Virus record (IMG/VR): IMGVR_UViG_3300026473_000011
Location: 9,411 to 73,410 of that record
Origin: a virus
Length of the DNA stretch: 64,000 bases
Direction: 5' to 3' (one strand)
A model generated the notes under the pieces. The model was not told where the DNA came from. It made no database searches and saw only the letters and a list, made by a program, of their open reading frames with translations. Position 1 is the first letter of the stretch; the number at the start of each line of letters is the position of its first letter. This document shows, piece by piece, positions 50,238 through 59,961 of the stretch. The translations under genes and the position numbers were made by a program.

Positions 50238-52685
50238 TCAGCCCATCCTTCGAGGATCCAGCAGCCCTCCTGCTCTCTTCTGGTTGAGCAACTCCTGGCG
50301 CACCGCGCTGGAAATCGCCCTGCCCAGCTCCTTGCCCTCGCCCGCGTTGGTGGTCACCCCGCCCTCGACCACATTGACCGAGACGTTGAAGACATCCCCG
50401 CCCCCAGACGAGGTCTGGCTCATGGTCACCGGGATGGATCGGCCGTCTGGCAGCGGCACATAGGCCTCGGCCATGGAGCCCTCGCCAAAGACTGCGAGCT
50501 GCGGCGTGGTGGCCACCCCGCCACTGGCGTACGCCCTCAGCGGCAAAGGGCCCGAAGAGGTCATGACCCCGCCATCTGCAAAGCCGAACAGGCTGCCGAG
50601 TGCTTTGGCCATGGGCAGCGTGACCGCACGCTGGATCTGGATGCGGATCAGGTCCGAGATGATAGAGGTGGCCAGGGACTTGAAGTCCAGCTTGCCCGTC
50701 ATCACGAAATTGGTGAGCGCATCGGTCATACCGTTGAACGCCTTGGTGGTCACCGCCTCCATCTGCTTGCCCACCTGCTCGGTTTCTTCACCGAGGGTGC
50801 GCAGTGCCTTGGCAAAGCCTGCGCCCGGGTCCGAGAGTTCCAAGGCACGCTGGCCCAGTAGCTTCGCGCCATCGGCAGCCTGTCGGGCCGCCTCTTCAAT
50901 GCGCCGGAAAGATTCGGCCAACTTGTCGTTGCCCGGGGTGGCTTCCACCATTTCCCGGGCCTTGGCTGCAAAGTCAGCCAGCTCGTCCGCACTGGACTTG
51001 CGCGCAGCGGACAGGCGCCTCAGGGCATCAATCTCACTGATCGAACCGGTCTCGCGCAGGACCTTGATCTGCTCTTCCGTGGCGCGCAGTTGGCCCTGGC
51101 TCCTGGCCACCTGCTCCTGCAGGTCCTTGAGCGTTTCGCCGGGCAGCTTGATTTCCCGTTCGAGGTTGGACTGCTGGGCTTCGCGCTCAAGCTTTTCCCG
51201 GCGCAGGGTGATCTCCGAGAGCTTGTCCTGGAGCTTCAATTTGTCCTGGGTGGTCTTGGCCACGGTGGCCAGGCCCCGTTTCAGGATCGACTCTTCCTGC
51301 GCATACAGCTCGGCAAGCCGGTCCGTGAATTCCTGCTGAGCGTTCAGCCGTGCCTCGCTAGCTTCACGATAGCTGATGTAGCCCTGTCCCTCGTACAGAT
51401 CGATGATCTTCTGTCGGTCCTTCAAGAGGCCCGTCTCGACATCCGTCAGCCCTTGCAGCTGCTTGATGTCGCTCTCGATCTTGGCCATGGCCGCAGCAGT
51501 GAGTGCGCCCGTGGCCGAGTTGTAGTTCAGTTTGGGCTTGGCCGCCTCACCTGCTGCTTCGGTCTCACCCCGGTTGATGGCATCGAACCGTTCCTTGACC
51601 GCATCCGCCAGCAGCGGCATCTTCCACAGGTCGACATAAGTCTGGTTGGCCTTCTCAACGATCGCATTGCGTTTTTCCAATGCGGTCCTGAGGGTGGCCT
51701 GGTTCTCCTCGGAGAACGGGTTCAGCCCCTTGCCACCGGCGAGGAATGTGCCCAGGAGTTCAATGTCAGCCCACACCGCCTCGAAGCTGCCCATGACCGC
51801 CTTGGCCATCTGGATCACACCGCGCAGCGCATCGATCACGATCGCAATGCCGTAGGCCGTGTCCTGCGCCCAGGTCTTGAGCGTGCCATCGTCGCGCAGC
51901 TTGACCATGGCGTCCGCCGTGTTGTGCGTGCCCAGCATCACGGCTTTGAGTTCACTGACCAGCTCTTCTAGCGCAGGCAGTGCCGCCGTCACGATGGTCT
52001 GTGCCACAAAATTGTGCTCAGCCCGCATCCGGCCCATGGCCTTGGAGGCTTTCTCGGCCGACTCGATTTCGGCTTCGGTGAGCCGGATGTTCAGATCCTG
52101 ATTGGCGGCCAGGTCCTTGAGGAAGGGCAGCAGGCCTGCGCCGGACTTGCCGAACAGTTCGAGCGCAATGGCCGTCTTGCCCGCCCCGTCCTCAAAGTTC
52201 GAGAGCTTCAGAGCAATGTCGTTCATCACCTCCGCCGGATCGCGCAGGTTGCCCCCTGCATCCTTGGCCTTCACGCCCAGAAACTGCAGGGCCTGCGAGG
52301 CGCCTTTGGTCTCATCGTCCACCCCGGCCAGCCCCTTGGAGAGCTTGGTCAGGCCCACCCCGATCTGCTCCATGGCCACCCCTGAGATGGTGGCCACGGG
52401 TGCAAAGCCGGACAGCGCGGTGGCACTCGCCCCAGTCTGCTCAGCCAGGTCCTGCAGGGCGGCCACAGTTTCGAGCGTGTGCATGACCAGCTCTTTGAGC
52501 GCCCCCACCGATTCCACGCCAATGGCGATGGCAAAGGTGGTCTTGGCAACTTCGGCCACCTTCTCCAGGGAACCACGCATGGATTCGGCGTGGCGCTCCA
52601 GAAGCAGCGCACTCTTGCCAAGGTCTTCCCGGAAGTCGGCCGTTTCTGCAGCGAGTTTGACGACCAGGGAGCCGATATCAGCCAT
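50238..52685 (-). CDS. Tail tape measure protein
   Basis: 815-aa helical protein with a lambda-type C-terminus. Confidence 0.92.
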   Translation of the reverse strand: MADIGSLVVKLAAETADFREDLGKSALLLERHAESMRGSLEKVAEVAKTTFAIAIGVESVGALKELVMHTLETVAALQDLAEQTGASATALSGFAPVATISGVAMEQIGVGLTKLSKGLAGVDDETKGASQALQFLGVKAKDAGGNLRDPAEVMNDIALKLSNFEDGAGKTAIALELFGKSGAGLLPFLKDLAANQDLNIRLTEAEIESAEKASKAMGRMRAEHNFVAQTIVTAALPALEELVSELKAVMLGTHNTADAMVKLRDDGTLKTWAQDTAYGIAIVIDALRGVIQMAKAVMGSFEAVWADIELLGTFLAGGKGLNPFSEENQATLRTALEKRNAIVEKANQTYVDLWKMPLLADAVKERFDAINRGETEAAGEAAKPKLNYNSATGALTAAAMAKIESDIKQLQGLTDVETGLLKDRQKIIDLYEGQGYISYREASEARLNAQQEFTDRLAELYAQEESILKRGLATVAKTTQDKLKLQDKLSEITLRREKLEREAQQSNLEREIKLPGETLKDLQEQVARSQGQLRATEEQIKVLRETGSISEIDALRRLSAARKSSADELADFAAKAREMVEATPGNDKLAESFRRIEEAARQAADGAKLLGQRALELSDPGAGFAKALRTLGEETEQVGKQMEAVTTKAFNGMTDALTNFVMTGKLDFKSLATSIISDLIRIQIQRAVTLPMAKALGSLFGFADGGVMTSSGPLPLRAYASGGVATTPQLAVFGEGSMAEAYVPLPDGRSIPVTMSQTSSGGGDVFNVSVNVVEGGVTTNAGEGKELGRAISSAVRQELLNQKRAGGLLDPRRMG

Positions 52686-52699
52686 GTTGCTTGCCTACG

Positions 52700-53008
52700 T
52701 TATGCGCGAACTTTGTGCGCGAACATGGCCTTGAAACGGGCCACATTGAGCTGGGTTTCATCTTGAGGTTGTTGAGGTTTCGGCTTTTCGAGGAACGGCA
52801 TGAAGTCCTCAGGCTTGAATGGCCCTGTATCCTTGGCCCGGTGGGCATTGGCAAAGGTGGAGGCCACCACACCACTCCTGTAATCAGCCCGATAGTCCCC
52901 AAAGGGCTCGAGCTGGTAGTACGCCATCCACTCGGTCAGCTCATCCGAGCCCATCGATGCGAGCATCCCGCGCACCGGCAGGCCTAAAGCCAGCGCCAGC
53001 CGGAACAC
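52700..53008 (-). CDS. Tail assembly chaperone, frameshift extension (gpT-like)
   Basis: In the -1 frame from slippery A AAA AAC at 53038-53044. Confidence 0.8.
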   Translation of the reverse strand: MFRLALALGLPVRGMLASMGSDELTEWMAYYQLEPFGDYRADYRSGVVASTFANAHRAKDTGPFKPEDFMPFLEKPKPQQPQDETQLNVARFKAMFAHKVRA

Positions 53009-53031
53009 AAAGCACCGCGAGGGATGGGCGA

Positions 53032-53370
53032 TCAGGCGTTTTTTGCGGCGTCCACCTGATCGGCGCCAATGCCGTTCAGGCGCTGGGACACGGCAAAAAC
53101 CCGGTCCAGCGCCTTTGCGCTCTTGCCGCCCAGGGCGGTGATGTCAGCGTCGCTGAAAAGACGGTTGCCGCTTTCATCACACAGGGTCAAGGACACCAGG
53201 CGGGCGCGGACGTTCTCAAGGCGGCCTTCCTTGCCAATGAGGCTGGCTTCGAAGGCATCGCGGTCGGTACCGGTCATGGTTCTCACCTGCACCTCGCCGC
53301 CCCACTCGGGCACGGGCACGGTTTCACGGGGCAGATCGTCAGATTGGAGGATTTGTTCACGGGTCAACAT
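53032..53370 (-). CDS. Tail assembly chaperone (gpG-like)
   Basis: VPEWGG; ends AAKNA; lies between the tail tube and tape measure genes. Confidence 0.85.
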   Translation of the reverse strand: MLTREQILQSDDLPRETVPVPEWGGEVQVRTMTGTDRDAFEASLIGKEGRLENVRARLVSLTLCDESGNRLFSDADITALGGKSAKALDRVFAVSQRLNGIGADQVDAAKNA

Positions 53371-53382
53371 GGGTCTGTCTCC

Positions 53383-53793
53383 TTAAGCCTCGGTGATGTC
53401 GCCATCGATCTCGATGGTCACGGAGGCCTGCACCACCGCATCCACACCGCCTTGCACGCTGAAGTGCGTGACATAGCCGTAGAAAGTCCAGGTGGCGGGG
53501 TTGGTGTCGGTGAAAGTGATCTTGAACTGGCGACGCACGCGGTTGGCGCGGTCGGTTCTCAGGCCCTGATGGACCAGATCGTCGGGGTTGTAGTGCAGGG
53601 TCAGAGACAACTGACCCTCGTCACGCAGGCCCACACGCTTTTCCTTGGCGGTGGAGGCCAGATTGGTGACGTCGATCACGGCGGCCTGCCCACCAGGCCC
53701 CTGGAACGAGACCACGTTGGGGATGGTTTCAAAGGCGGTGGCGCCAAACCGGGCAATGGCAATGCCCTGCGCGGTGATTGCGGTGCTGCTCAT
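53383..53793 (-). CDS. Major tail tube protein
   Basis: IDVTNL...GLRDEG; position. Confidence 0.85.
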   Translation of the reverse strand: MSSTAITAQGIAIARFGATAFETIPNVVSFQGPGGQAAVIDVTNLASTAKEKRVGLRDEGQLSLTLHYNPDDLVHQGLRTDRANRVRRQFKITFTDTNPATWTFYGYVTHFSVQGGVDAVVQASVTIEIDGDITEA

Positions 53794-53809
53794 GCATGCG
53801 CTCCTTGTT

Positions 53810-54160
53810 TCACGGTGAACCCACCGTCCGGTGGTAGGTGTAGTCCACGCTCACCCGGTACAGCCGGGCCTGATCTTCAAATTCGGACAGCCCCATACGC
53901 ACATCGGCGACGGTGCTCTTGTCGGCCAAAAGCGCAGCCAGGACTTGGTCTTGCAGGTACAAGGCCTCCTGGTACGTTCTGGCATAGGTGTCGACCTGCA
54001 CGCGCACGCGCTGCAAGCCATGCGGCCCATCAATGCCGAAGATGTGCTCCTGCACGATGGGCGTGTAGACGATGGCCGGGTACTGGGTGTTTTCTGCAGC
54101 GACGAGCGCGTAGACCTCACCACCGGCCAGATCCTTGATGGCATCAAAGAAGTCCTGCAT
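53810..54160 (-). CDS. Tail terminator (DUF3168-like)
   Basis: YPAIVY, RVQVD; position. Confidence 0.8.
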   Translation of the reverse strand: MQDFFDAIKDLAGGEVYALVAAENTQYPAIVYTPIVQEHIFGIDGPHGLQRVRVQVDTYARTYQEALYLQDQVLAALLADKSTVADVRMGLSEFEDQARLYRVSVDYTYHRTVGSP

Positions 54161-54162
54161 GG

Positions 54163-54651
54163 TTATTTCCTGTACAGGTTCTTGGCTTCCTGCTCAATGC
54201 GCTCACTCAGCCGGTCCTTCATGGCCTGCGCCGCTTCGCGCCGCTTGGCCTCCAGGGCTGGCCGCAGGAATGGCCGCGCGCGCATCTTGCGAGTACCAAA
54301 CTCCACGAAACGCCAGTACCAGGCATCTTGGGAGAGGTTGCCCTTCTTGCCTTGCTTGCGGAACTTCTTGCCGTGACGTACCGTCACGAAGAAGGTCTGG
54401 CGCGTGAGGCTGGAGAGTTCTGGGATCTGTTTCATGATCACCGAGCGCCTGAGCGTTCCGGGTGGCGGCTGATTGGGTCCCAGAACCTCGGCCGCCTTGG
54501 GCGCCCGCAGACGGGCCTCGTCGCGGATGACCTTGGCTCCGGCATAGACCGAGACGCGCAGGCCGTTCTTCGCCACCCGGTCGGGCAATTCGCGCAGGGC
54601 TTTGGCCAATTCAGCCAGGCCCTCGACCTTGAAGCGTTCGTGTTTAGCCAT
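54163..54651 (-). CDS. HK97 gp10-like protein
   Basis: FVEFGT..M.ARPFLRPA. Confidence 0.9.
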   Translation of the reverse strand: MAKHERFKVEGLAELAKALRELPDRVAKNGLRVSVYAGAKVIRDEARLRAPKAAEVLGPNQPPPGTLRRSVIMKQIPELSSLTRQTFFVTVRHGKKFRKQGKKGNLSQDAWYWRFVEFGTRKMRARPFLRPALEAKRREAAQAMKDRLSERIEQEAKNLYRK

Positions 54652-54994
54652 CGTCCAGACCCTCGCTGGCCAACAGGACGACCAGGACGCGTTTCTCGTC
54701 CTCGTTCAGGGCCGAATGGATGTTGAAGATCCGGGACCGGTAGAGCACCCGGTACTGAGCCACCTCCTGTGGGTTGTCAAAGATGCTCTGGTAACGCACC
54801 GTGATCTGGTGCGTGAGTTCGGCCGAGATGCGACTGGCAATCACGGCCTCGCGCCCAGACAGGGGCTGGATGTCGGCCCACACGGTGGCCACATCAATCC
54901 ATGTACGGCTAGGTGCGCCCAGGCTGTCTTTCACGGTACTGGGGCGCTGGATCTTGATGCGGCGACCCAGCGTTCCGGCTCCGATCGGGTTCAT
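54644..54994 (-). CDS. Head closure/head-tail adaptor
   Basis: GTLGRRIKIQ, VWADI.PLSGRE. Confidence 0.88.
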   Translation of the reverse strand: MNPIGAGTLGRRIKIQRPSTVKDSLGAPSRTWIDVATVWADIQPLSGREAVIASRISAELTHQITVRYQSIFDNPQEVAQYRVLYRSRIFNIHSALNEDEKRVLVVLLASEGLDDG

Positions 54995-55614
54995 ATCAGG
55001 GGTACCTTGTAGGGATCGAGCAGGCCATCGATGAAGGGCAGCGGATCAATACGCCCTCGTGTCATCGATGCCACCTCCTCGCGGTGAACGTACAGAGAGC
55101 CCACGCGCAGCTTGATCCAGGTCTTGATGCCTTCGGGCACTGCCGAAGCATTGCCATACCCTGCATCAAAGATCACACTCACAGCCCCGATCTGAGGCAG
55201 GGCAATTGGCCAGATCTGGCCGAACACGGGCGTGATCCGGGCAGGTTCGCAGGCGCTATCGACGGTGTAGTTCGCCACTGGCATGACCTGCCAGGCGCCC
55301 GCCATGTCGAGATAGCGGATCTCCACCACCGAAGCCACAGGCGACTTGGGCAGCAAAACGGCATGCCCGGGCAGCGTGAAGGTCTGCCCTGCGGGCACAC
55401 CCATGAGACTGGGTCCGGGAAAGCCGTCGAGCACCATCCGCCAGCGTGCGGTGACAAGTTGCCGGTTGGTGATGGTCTCAGCCGCCTGACGGGCCGCCGA
55501 GATCAGGATCTGAATCAGGCTGTCGTCGTCATCGAAGTCCACCCGCAGGTGGAGCTTGGCCTCGGCAAGCGAGATGGGCTCCCCTGCGGGCGGAGTGATC
55601 AACTGCATGGGCAT
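54991..55614 (-). CDS. Head-tail connector protein
   Basis: EPISLAEAKLHLRVD. Confidence 0.9.
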   Translation of the reverse strand: MPMQLITPPAGEPISLAEAKLHLRVDFDDDDSLIQILISAARQAAETITNRQLVTARWRMVLDGFPGPSLMGVPAGQTFTLPGHAVLLPKSPVASVVEIRYLDMAGAWQVMPVANYTVDSACEPARITPVFGQIWPIALPQIGAVSVIFDAGYGNASAVPEGIKTWIKLRVGSLYVHREEVASMTRGRIDPLPFIDGLLDPYKVPLI

Positions 55615-55635
55615 GTGATTGCTCCACCCTCAGGT

Positions 55636-56082
55636 TCAGACCACCTGCGCGACCGCAGCCTGGTTGCTGGCGTCCCCCGGCGCAAAGCGGGGGTTAAAGC
55701 CCAGCACCTGCGCCGCAGTGAGGCTGGCCGCAACGGCCACGGTGAGCGACAGGCGCACATAGGCGAAGCCGTTAGTGACGTCCAGGTCGTCCGGGCGCAG
55801 GTTGATCAGGGCCTGCTTGTTGTCACCCGTGGCCTTGACGATCTGGGTGATGGCTTTGCCCGTCACGTCCTTGGCACCGGTGCCCGAAGCGTCGGTGGCC
55901 TGCTGGAGCTTGGCGTCCAGCGTGGCACCCGTGCCCAGGAGGCCGCTTTGCACGAGCGCCAGCAGGTTGTGGTGGTTGCCCGCCGAGATCCAGCCGGTGG
56001 TGACAGTGCCCACAGCCTGGCTGGCGGGATCGATGGTGGCCAGAACCGAGAACAGTTCGCTGCCTTTTGCATTGGGAAACAT
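55636..56082 (-). CDS. Putative head decoration/structural protein
   Basis: Ala/Thr-rich beta protein directly after the capsid gene. Confidence 0.6.
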   Translation of the reverse strand: MFPNAKGSELFSVLATIDPASQAVGTVTTGWISAGNHHNLLALVQSGLLGTGATLDAKLQQATDASGTGAKDVTGKAITQIVKATGDNKQALINLRPDDLDVTNGFAYVRLSLTVAVAASLTAAQVLGFNPRFAPGDASNQAAVAQVV

Positions 56083-56111
56083 CAGAGTTCTCCTTAAGTG
56101 AATGGCGACGA

Positions 56112-57428
56112 TCAGCGTGCGCCCAGTTGGACAAAGGGCGACATGGTCGTGCTGCCCTTGGCGGGGGAGATCGGCGCGGCGATCTTGGATTGGCCGTCCA
56201 TGCGGAACGTGGTGCGGAAAGCCGTGAGGTCCGCATCGAAGTACAGGTGCATGGAGGTGGCCGTCTGCATGCCACCGGCCTTGGTGATGGTCTGGTAGTA
56301 CGACAGGTCAGCCAGCAGCACGTCACCCGCAGAGCTGAAGGTGTTGGCGTGTTGCGAGACGAAGACCGGACGACCCAGCAAGGTGCCGTAGGGCGAGACC
56401 TGGATGCCACCCGGGTTCATGCCCGTGGGCAGGTAGATCGGGTAGTTGCCCAGCGTCAGCGTGAACAAGGCGGGCAGCACGTCGTTGTTGACGATCCACA
56501 CGGCCTTGCCAAAGGAGCCCGGCGGCAGACGCGAGATCATCTTGGCCAGGTTCTGTGCCAAGAGGGTCTGCGTGGTCTGTCCCGATTCCTTGGCCACCGT
56601 CACCGTGGTGGCATTGGTCATGCACCCCACTGGCAGGCCCGTGCCAGAGCCAAACAGGATCGACTCGTTAGTCTTCCAACGAATGGAGGTGGCGATCTTG
56701 TCGGGAAGGTAGGTCGACAGCGCATTGGTGTCGTCCAACAGTTCGTCCGTCACAGGCACCAGAGCCATCAGCTTTTTGAGGCGCAGAGTCGAAAGACCCA
56801 GGACTGGCTTGGTACCCACGGCCGATGCGGCTTCACCTTGCCAGTAGGCTCGGATGCCGTTGGTACCCCAGGGCGTGGTCTCGTCCTTGGGGAAGGCCAT
56901 GGTGTTACCCGTGATCTCCACGTTGTCTGTCATGGGCAGCAGGGAATCCTCGCCCAGCGAGAGCTGGAAGATTTCCTGGGCGAACTGGGGAGGCACGAGG
57001 AAACCGCCATCCTGCGCCGAGCCTTCGTTGCCGAAGCTGGCCGGTGCCACAGCACCACGGTTCATGCCAATCAGCAGTCTGTCATCGATCGAGGAACCGG
57101 GGTTTTGCGCATGGCGGACGGTTTTGAGGAACTCGCCAACGCTTTTGAAGCCATGCTTGGGATCGGATTCGGCGTTGCTGACCACCGTGATCACCGAGGC
57201 ATTAGGCAGTTGGGCTGCGTGGCCCATCTGCGCTTCCTCGGCAATCAAGGCCGCTTCACGGTCGATCGCGGCCGAGGTGGCTTCGATCCTGGCTTTGAGG
57301 GCTTCAAAAGCACTGACCTCTTCTTCGTTCATGTCGCGCTGCTCAGCGGCAGCGATATCGGTCAGGGCGCGTGCGTCCTTGACCAGGGTGGCTTTGCGGG
57401 CTTGCAGCTCGCGCAGTTGCTTGCTCAT
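56112..57428 (-). CDS. Major capsid protein, HK97 fold
   Basis: N-terminal coiled delta domain, GGFLVP, TLLGRPV. Confidence 0.95.
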   Translation of the reverse strand: MSKQLRELQARKATLVKDARALTDIAAAEQRDMNEEEVSAFEALKARIEATSAAIDREAALIAEEAQMGHAAQLPNASVITVVSNAESDPKHGFKSVGEFLKTVRHAQNPGSSIDDRLLIGMNRGAVAPASFGNEGSAQDGGFLVPPQFAQEIFQLSLGEDSLLPMTDNVEITGNTMAFPKDETTPWGTNGIRAYWQGEAASAVGTKPVLGLSTLRLKKLMALVPVTDELLDDTNALSTYLPDKIATSIRWKTNESILFGSGTGLPVGCMTNATTVTVAKESGQTTQTLLAQNLAKMISRLPPGSFGKAVWIVNNDVLPALFTLTLGNYPIYLPTGMNPGGIQVSPYGTLLGRPVFVSQHANTFSSAGDVLLADLSYYQTITKAGGMQTATSMHLYFDADLTAFRTTFRMDGQSKIAAPISPAKGSTTMSPFVQLGAR

Positions 57429-57549
57429 GGGTTTGACTCCAGAAATGAAAAACCGCCTGGTCGGAATGACTCAAGGCGGCGACAGGGATGACGACCAACG
57501 GGTCGCAGGAAGGCGCAACCCTCAACGGAGGGCTGCTAAATGAAATGGA

Positions 57550-58476
57550 TCAGATCAGCGCAAGAGCGTCACGGGCCTGTTTCAGGCGGGACTGACTGCG
57601 TGGCTTGGTGCTTCGCACGCTGACCTGCATCTTGGCCAGCACATCGTCAAAGGTGGCAATGCCGTCGACCATTCCAGCGGCCAGTGCGGCGTCAGCGCCA
57701 AGCACCCGGCCTTCGCCCATGCCCGAGCGCACATCGTTTGCCGAGACACCACGGCCTTTGGCCACGGCTTCGATGAAGGCGTTGTAGTAGTCATCCACTC
57801 GGGACTGCATGAAAGCCTGCGCCTGCTCATCGAGCGGAACATACGGGTTGCCCTCAACCTTGAACTTGCCAGCAGAGATCAGGGTGGGCTTGACCCCCTC
57901 CTCTTCCAGCGCCTTCGAGTAATCAAAGTGGGCCTGCCACACGCCAATCGAGCCCACCTCGCCACCCGGAGTGACGTAGAACTCGCTGGCTGAGCAGCCG
58001 ATCCAGTAAGCGGCTGAGGCCGCCAGGCTGTTGGCCACAGCAATGACCGGCTTCTGGGCACGGGCCTTGACGATTTCGCTGGCCAGTTCGGCCACGCCAT
58101 AGACGCTGCCGCCGGGGCTGTCGATGTCGATCAGGATCTGACCCACCTTGTCATCGGCCAGCATCTGGCGCAGGACCGAAGTGAACTGCTGGGTGCTGGT
58201 GCTGCCCGGCCCCGAAATGTCGTCGACCATGTTGCCGCGCTGCGTGACCACCCCGTACAGGGGCAGCACCGCGATGCCGGTGCCCGTGCTGGCGGCTGCC
58301 ATTTGTTTGCGGGTGTCTCGCAGCACGCGGTCGGTGTTGACCTGAAACAGGGTCTCGTCGCTGGGCGGCTCGCCTGCAGACCAGCGCGTCAGGATGCCGG
58401 ACATAGCCTGCAAACGCTCGGGCATCAGCGCCCAGGGCGTGGTCAGAAATTCAGAGAGCAGGAGTTGTTTGTTCAT
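57550..58476 (-). CDS. Prohead protease, S49 family
   Basis: IDSPGG, AASAAYW, GSIGV. Confidence 0.93.
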   Translation of the reverse strand: MNKQLLLSEFLTTPWALMPERLQAMSGILTRWSAGEPPSDETLFQVNTDRVLRDTRKQMAAASTGTGIAVLPLYGVVTQRGNMVDDISGPGSTSTQQFTSVLRQMLADDKVGQILIDIDSPGGSVYGVAELASEIVKARAQKPVIAVANSLAASAAYWIGCSASEFYVTPGGEVGSIGVWQAHFDYSKALEEEGVKPTLISAGKFKVEGNPYVPLDEQAQAFMQSRVDDYYNAFIEAVAKGRGVSANDVRSGMGEGRVLGADAALAAGMVDGIATFDDVLAKMQVSVRSTKPRSQSRLKQARDALALI

Positions 58477-59957
58477 GTGTTCATTCCAAGTTGAATCAGG
58501 GAAGCGGCCAGTGCGTCTTCCTCAAAGGGCTGTGTTTGCTGCTGCGCCCAGGCACTGACCTGACAGGCTTGCAGTGCGAAGGCCTGCGCAATCAGGTCGG
58601 TTTCGTTGACTCCCAGGGAGCCCTTTTTGGCAATGCGCCGGGCAAGCCGATCTGCGTTGGACTGCACCAGCCTGCGAAAGCGCAGGCTCGTTTCCTGATC
58701 GGCGGGAGCGATTTCTTCATCGGCAGGCGCCGGATCCGTGGATTCGGACTCCTGTTCGGCCTCTTCGGCATCCTCTTCCTCGACCATGTTCAGGGGCCGC
58801 AGAGGTTGGTCCAGGCCTTGCAGCGGGTTGAGGTTTTCTGCAATCCGTGCCTCGTTGCGGGTGAGCCAGCCGTTTTGGATGCCGCTTTGGTAGTAGGCCG
58901 AGCGACTGGCTGCATCGCCGCGCATCAGGTTGGCAAAGTCGAACTCGACTTCCAGCTGATCGCCGTCAAGCATCAAGTCCGCTTCGATCGAGGCCTCCCA
59001 GCGTTCGGCCCAGGGCGTCATGGTGTGCATGACAAATTCCAAACTCTGCTGCTCGATGTTCGAGAACGTAGCGCGATCTAAATCAGCAATCATGTGCGGT
59101 GGCACACGGAACAATCGGGCAATGTCTGTTATCTGGAACTTGCGCAGCTCCAGAAACTGGGCGTCCTTGTTCGTGACCCCCACCTCATGGAACTTCATGC
59201 CGTTTTCCAATACGAGCACCTTGCCCCGGTTGGAGCCGGATTGCGCCGCCTGATAGGAATCCCTGAACACCCGCTTGGCCTCAGGGTCCTTGAAGTTGCC
59301 CGGAAACTCGATCCAGCCGCCCGTGGGTTTGGCATCGTTCGTGAAGAACCGCGCCCCATAGTCCTGGGCGGCCAGGGCCATGCCCAGACTCTCCCGGGCC
59401 AGTTCGATCGGGCTCATGCCCATCAGACCGTCCGACGAGAGCCCCCGCAGGTGCCAGATCTGCCCGCGCGGGAATACCGTTTCATCCCCGTTTTGCATGC
59501 GCACCCGGTAGCGGAAGTCACCGCTGTCCATGACCTCCATTCGCACCCGATCGGGGTGGATGGGCATGAGCTCAGTGATTTGCCCTTTAGGGTTGGCGAT
59601 GATCTGGCAGAAAGCATTGCCCCTCAGGGCCAGATGCCCCTGCAGCATCTCGCGCCACTCAAAGGGGTTCTGGAACCGGTTGGGCTTGCGGGCCAGCAAG
59701 CTATAGAGCCAGTGATCGGTCACCCGGTCCTTGCCTCCGTCCTTGCGCTGGCGGTACACCACCACCGGAAGAGACGCCATGGTCTCCGACAGGATGCGCA
59801 CGCAGGCGTATACCGCTGCGAGCCGCAACGCTCCATCAGGCGAGACGCGCATGCCGGAGGCGCTGCGCACCGACACCGGCTCAAAGAAGAAGTCTCCCCA
59901 GGGGGAGCGGTCACTGCTTGAGGCTCTGAATCGATCGATGAATGTGAAAAGTCCCAT
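58473..59957 (-). CDS. Portal protein, HK97 family
   Basis: AVYACV, LRGNA, IARLFRVPPH, NEAR. Confidence 0.95.
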   Translation of the reverse strand: MGLFTFIDRFRASSSDRSPWGDFFFEPVSVRSASGMRVSPDGALRLAAVYACVRILSETMASLPVVVYRQRKDGGKDRVTDHWLYSLLARKPNRFQNPFEWREMLQGHLALRGNAFCQIIANPKGQITELMPIHPDRVRMEVMDSGDFRYRVRMQNGDETVFPRGQIWHLRGLSSDGLMGMSPIELARESLGMALAAQDYGARFFTNDAKPTGGWIEFPGNFKDPEAKRVFRDSYQAAQSGSNRGKVLVLENGMKFHEVGVTNKDAQFLELRKFQITDIARLFRVPPHMIADLDRATFSNIEQQSLEFVMHTMTPWAERWEASIEADLMLDGDQLEVEFDFANLMRGDAASRSAYYQSGIQNGWLTRNEARIAENLNPLQGLDQPLRPLNMVEEEDAEEAEQESESTDPAPADEEIAPADQETSLRFRRLVQSNADRLARRIAKKGSLGVNETDLIAQAFALQACQVSAWAQQQTQPFEEDALAASLIQLGMNT

Positions 59958-59961
59958 TGCC

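Noticed and set aside
44336-59921. Long plus-strand ORFs opposite phage genes (e.g. 44336..46276, 56067..57491)
   Set aside because: Antisense shadows of GC-rich genes with no recognisable motifs.
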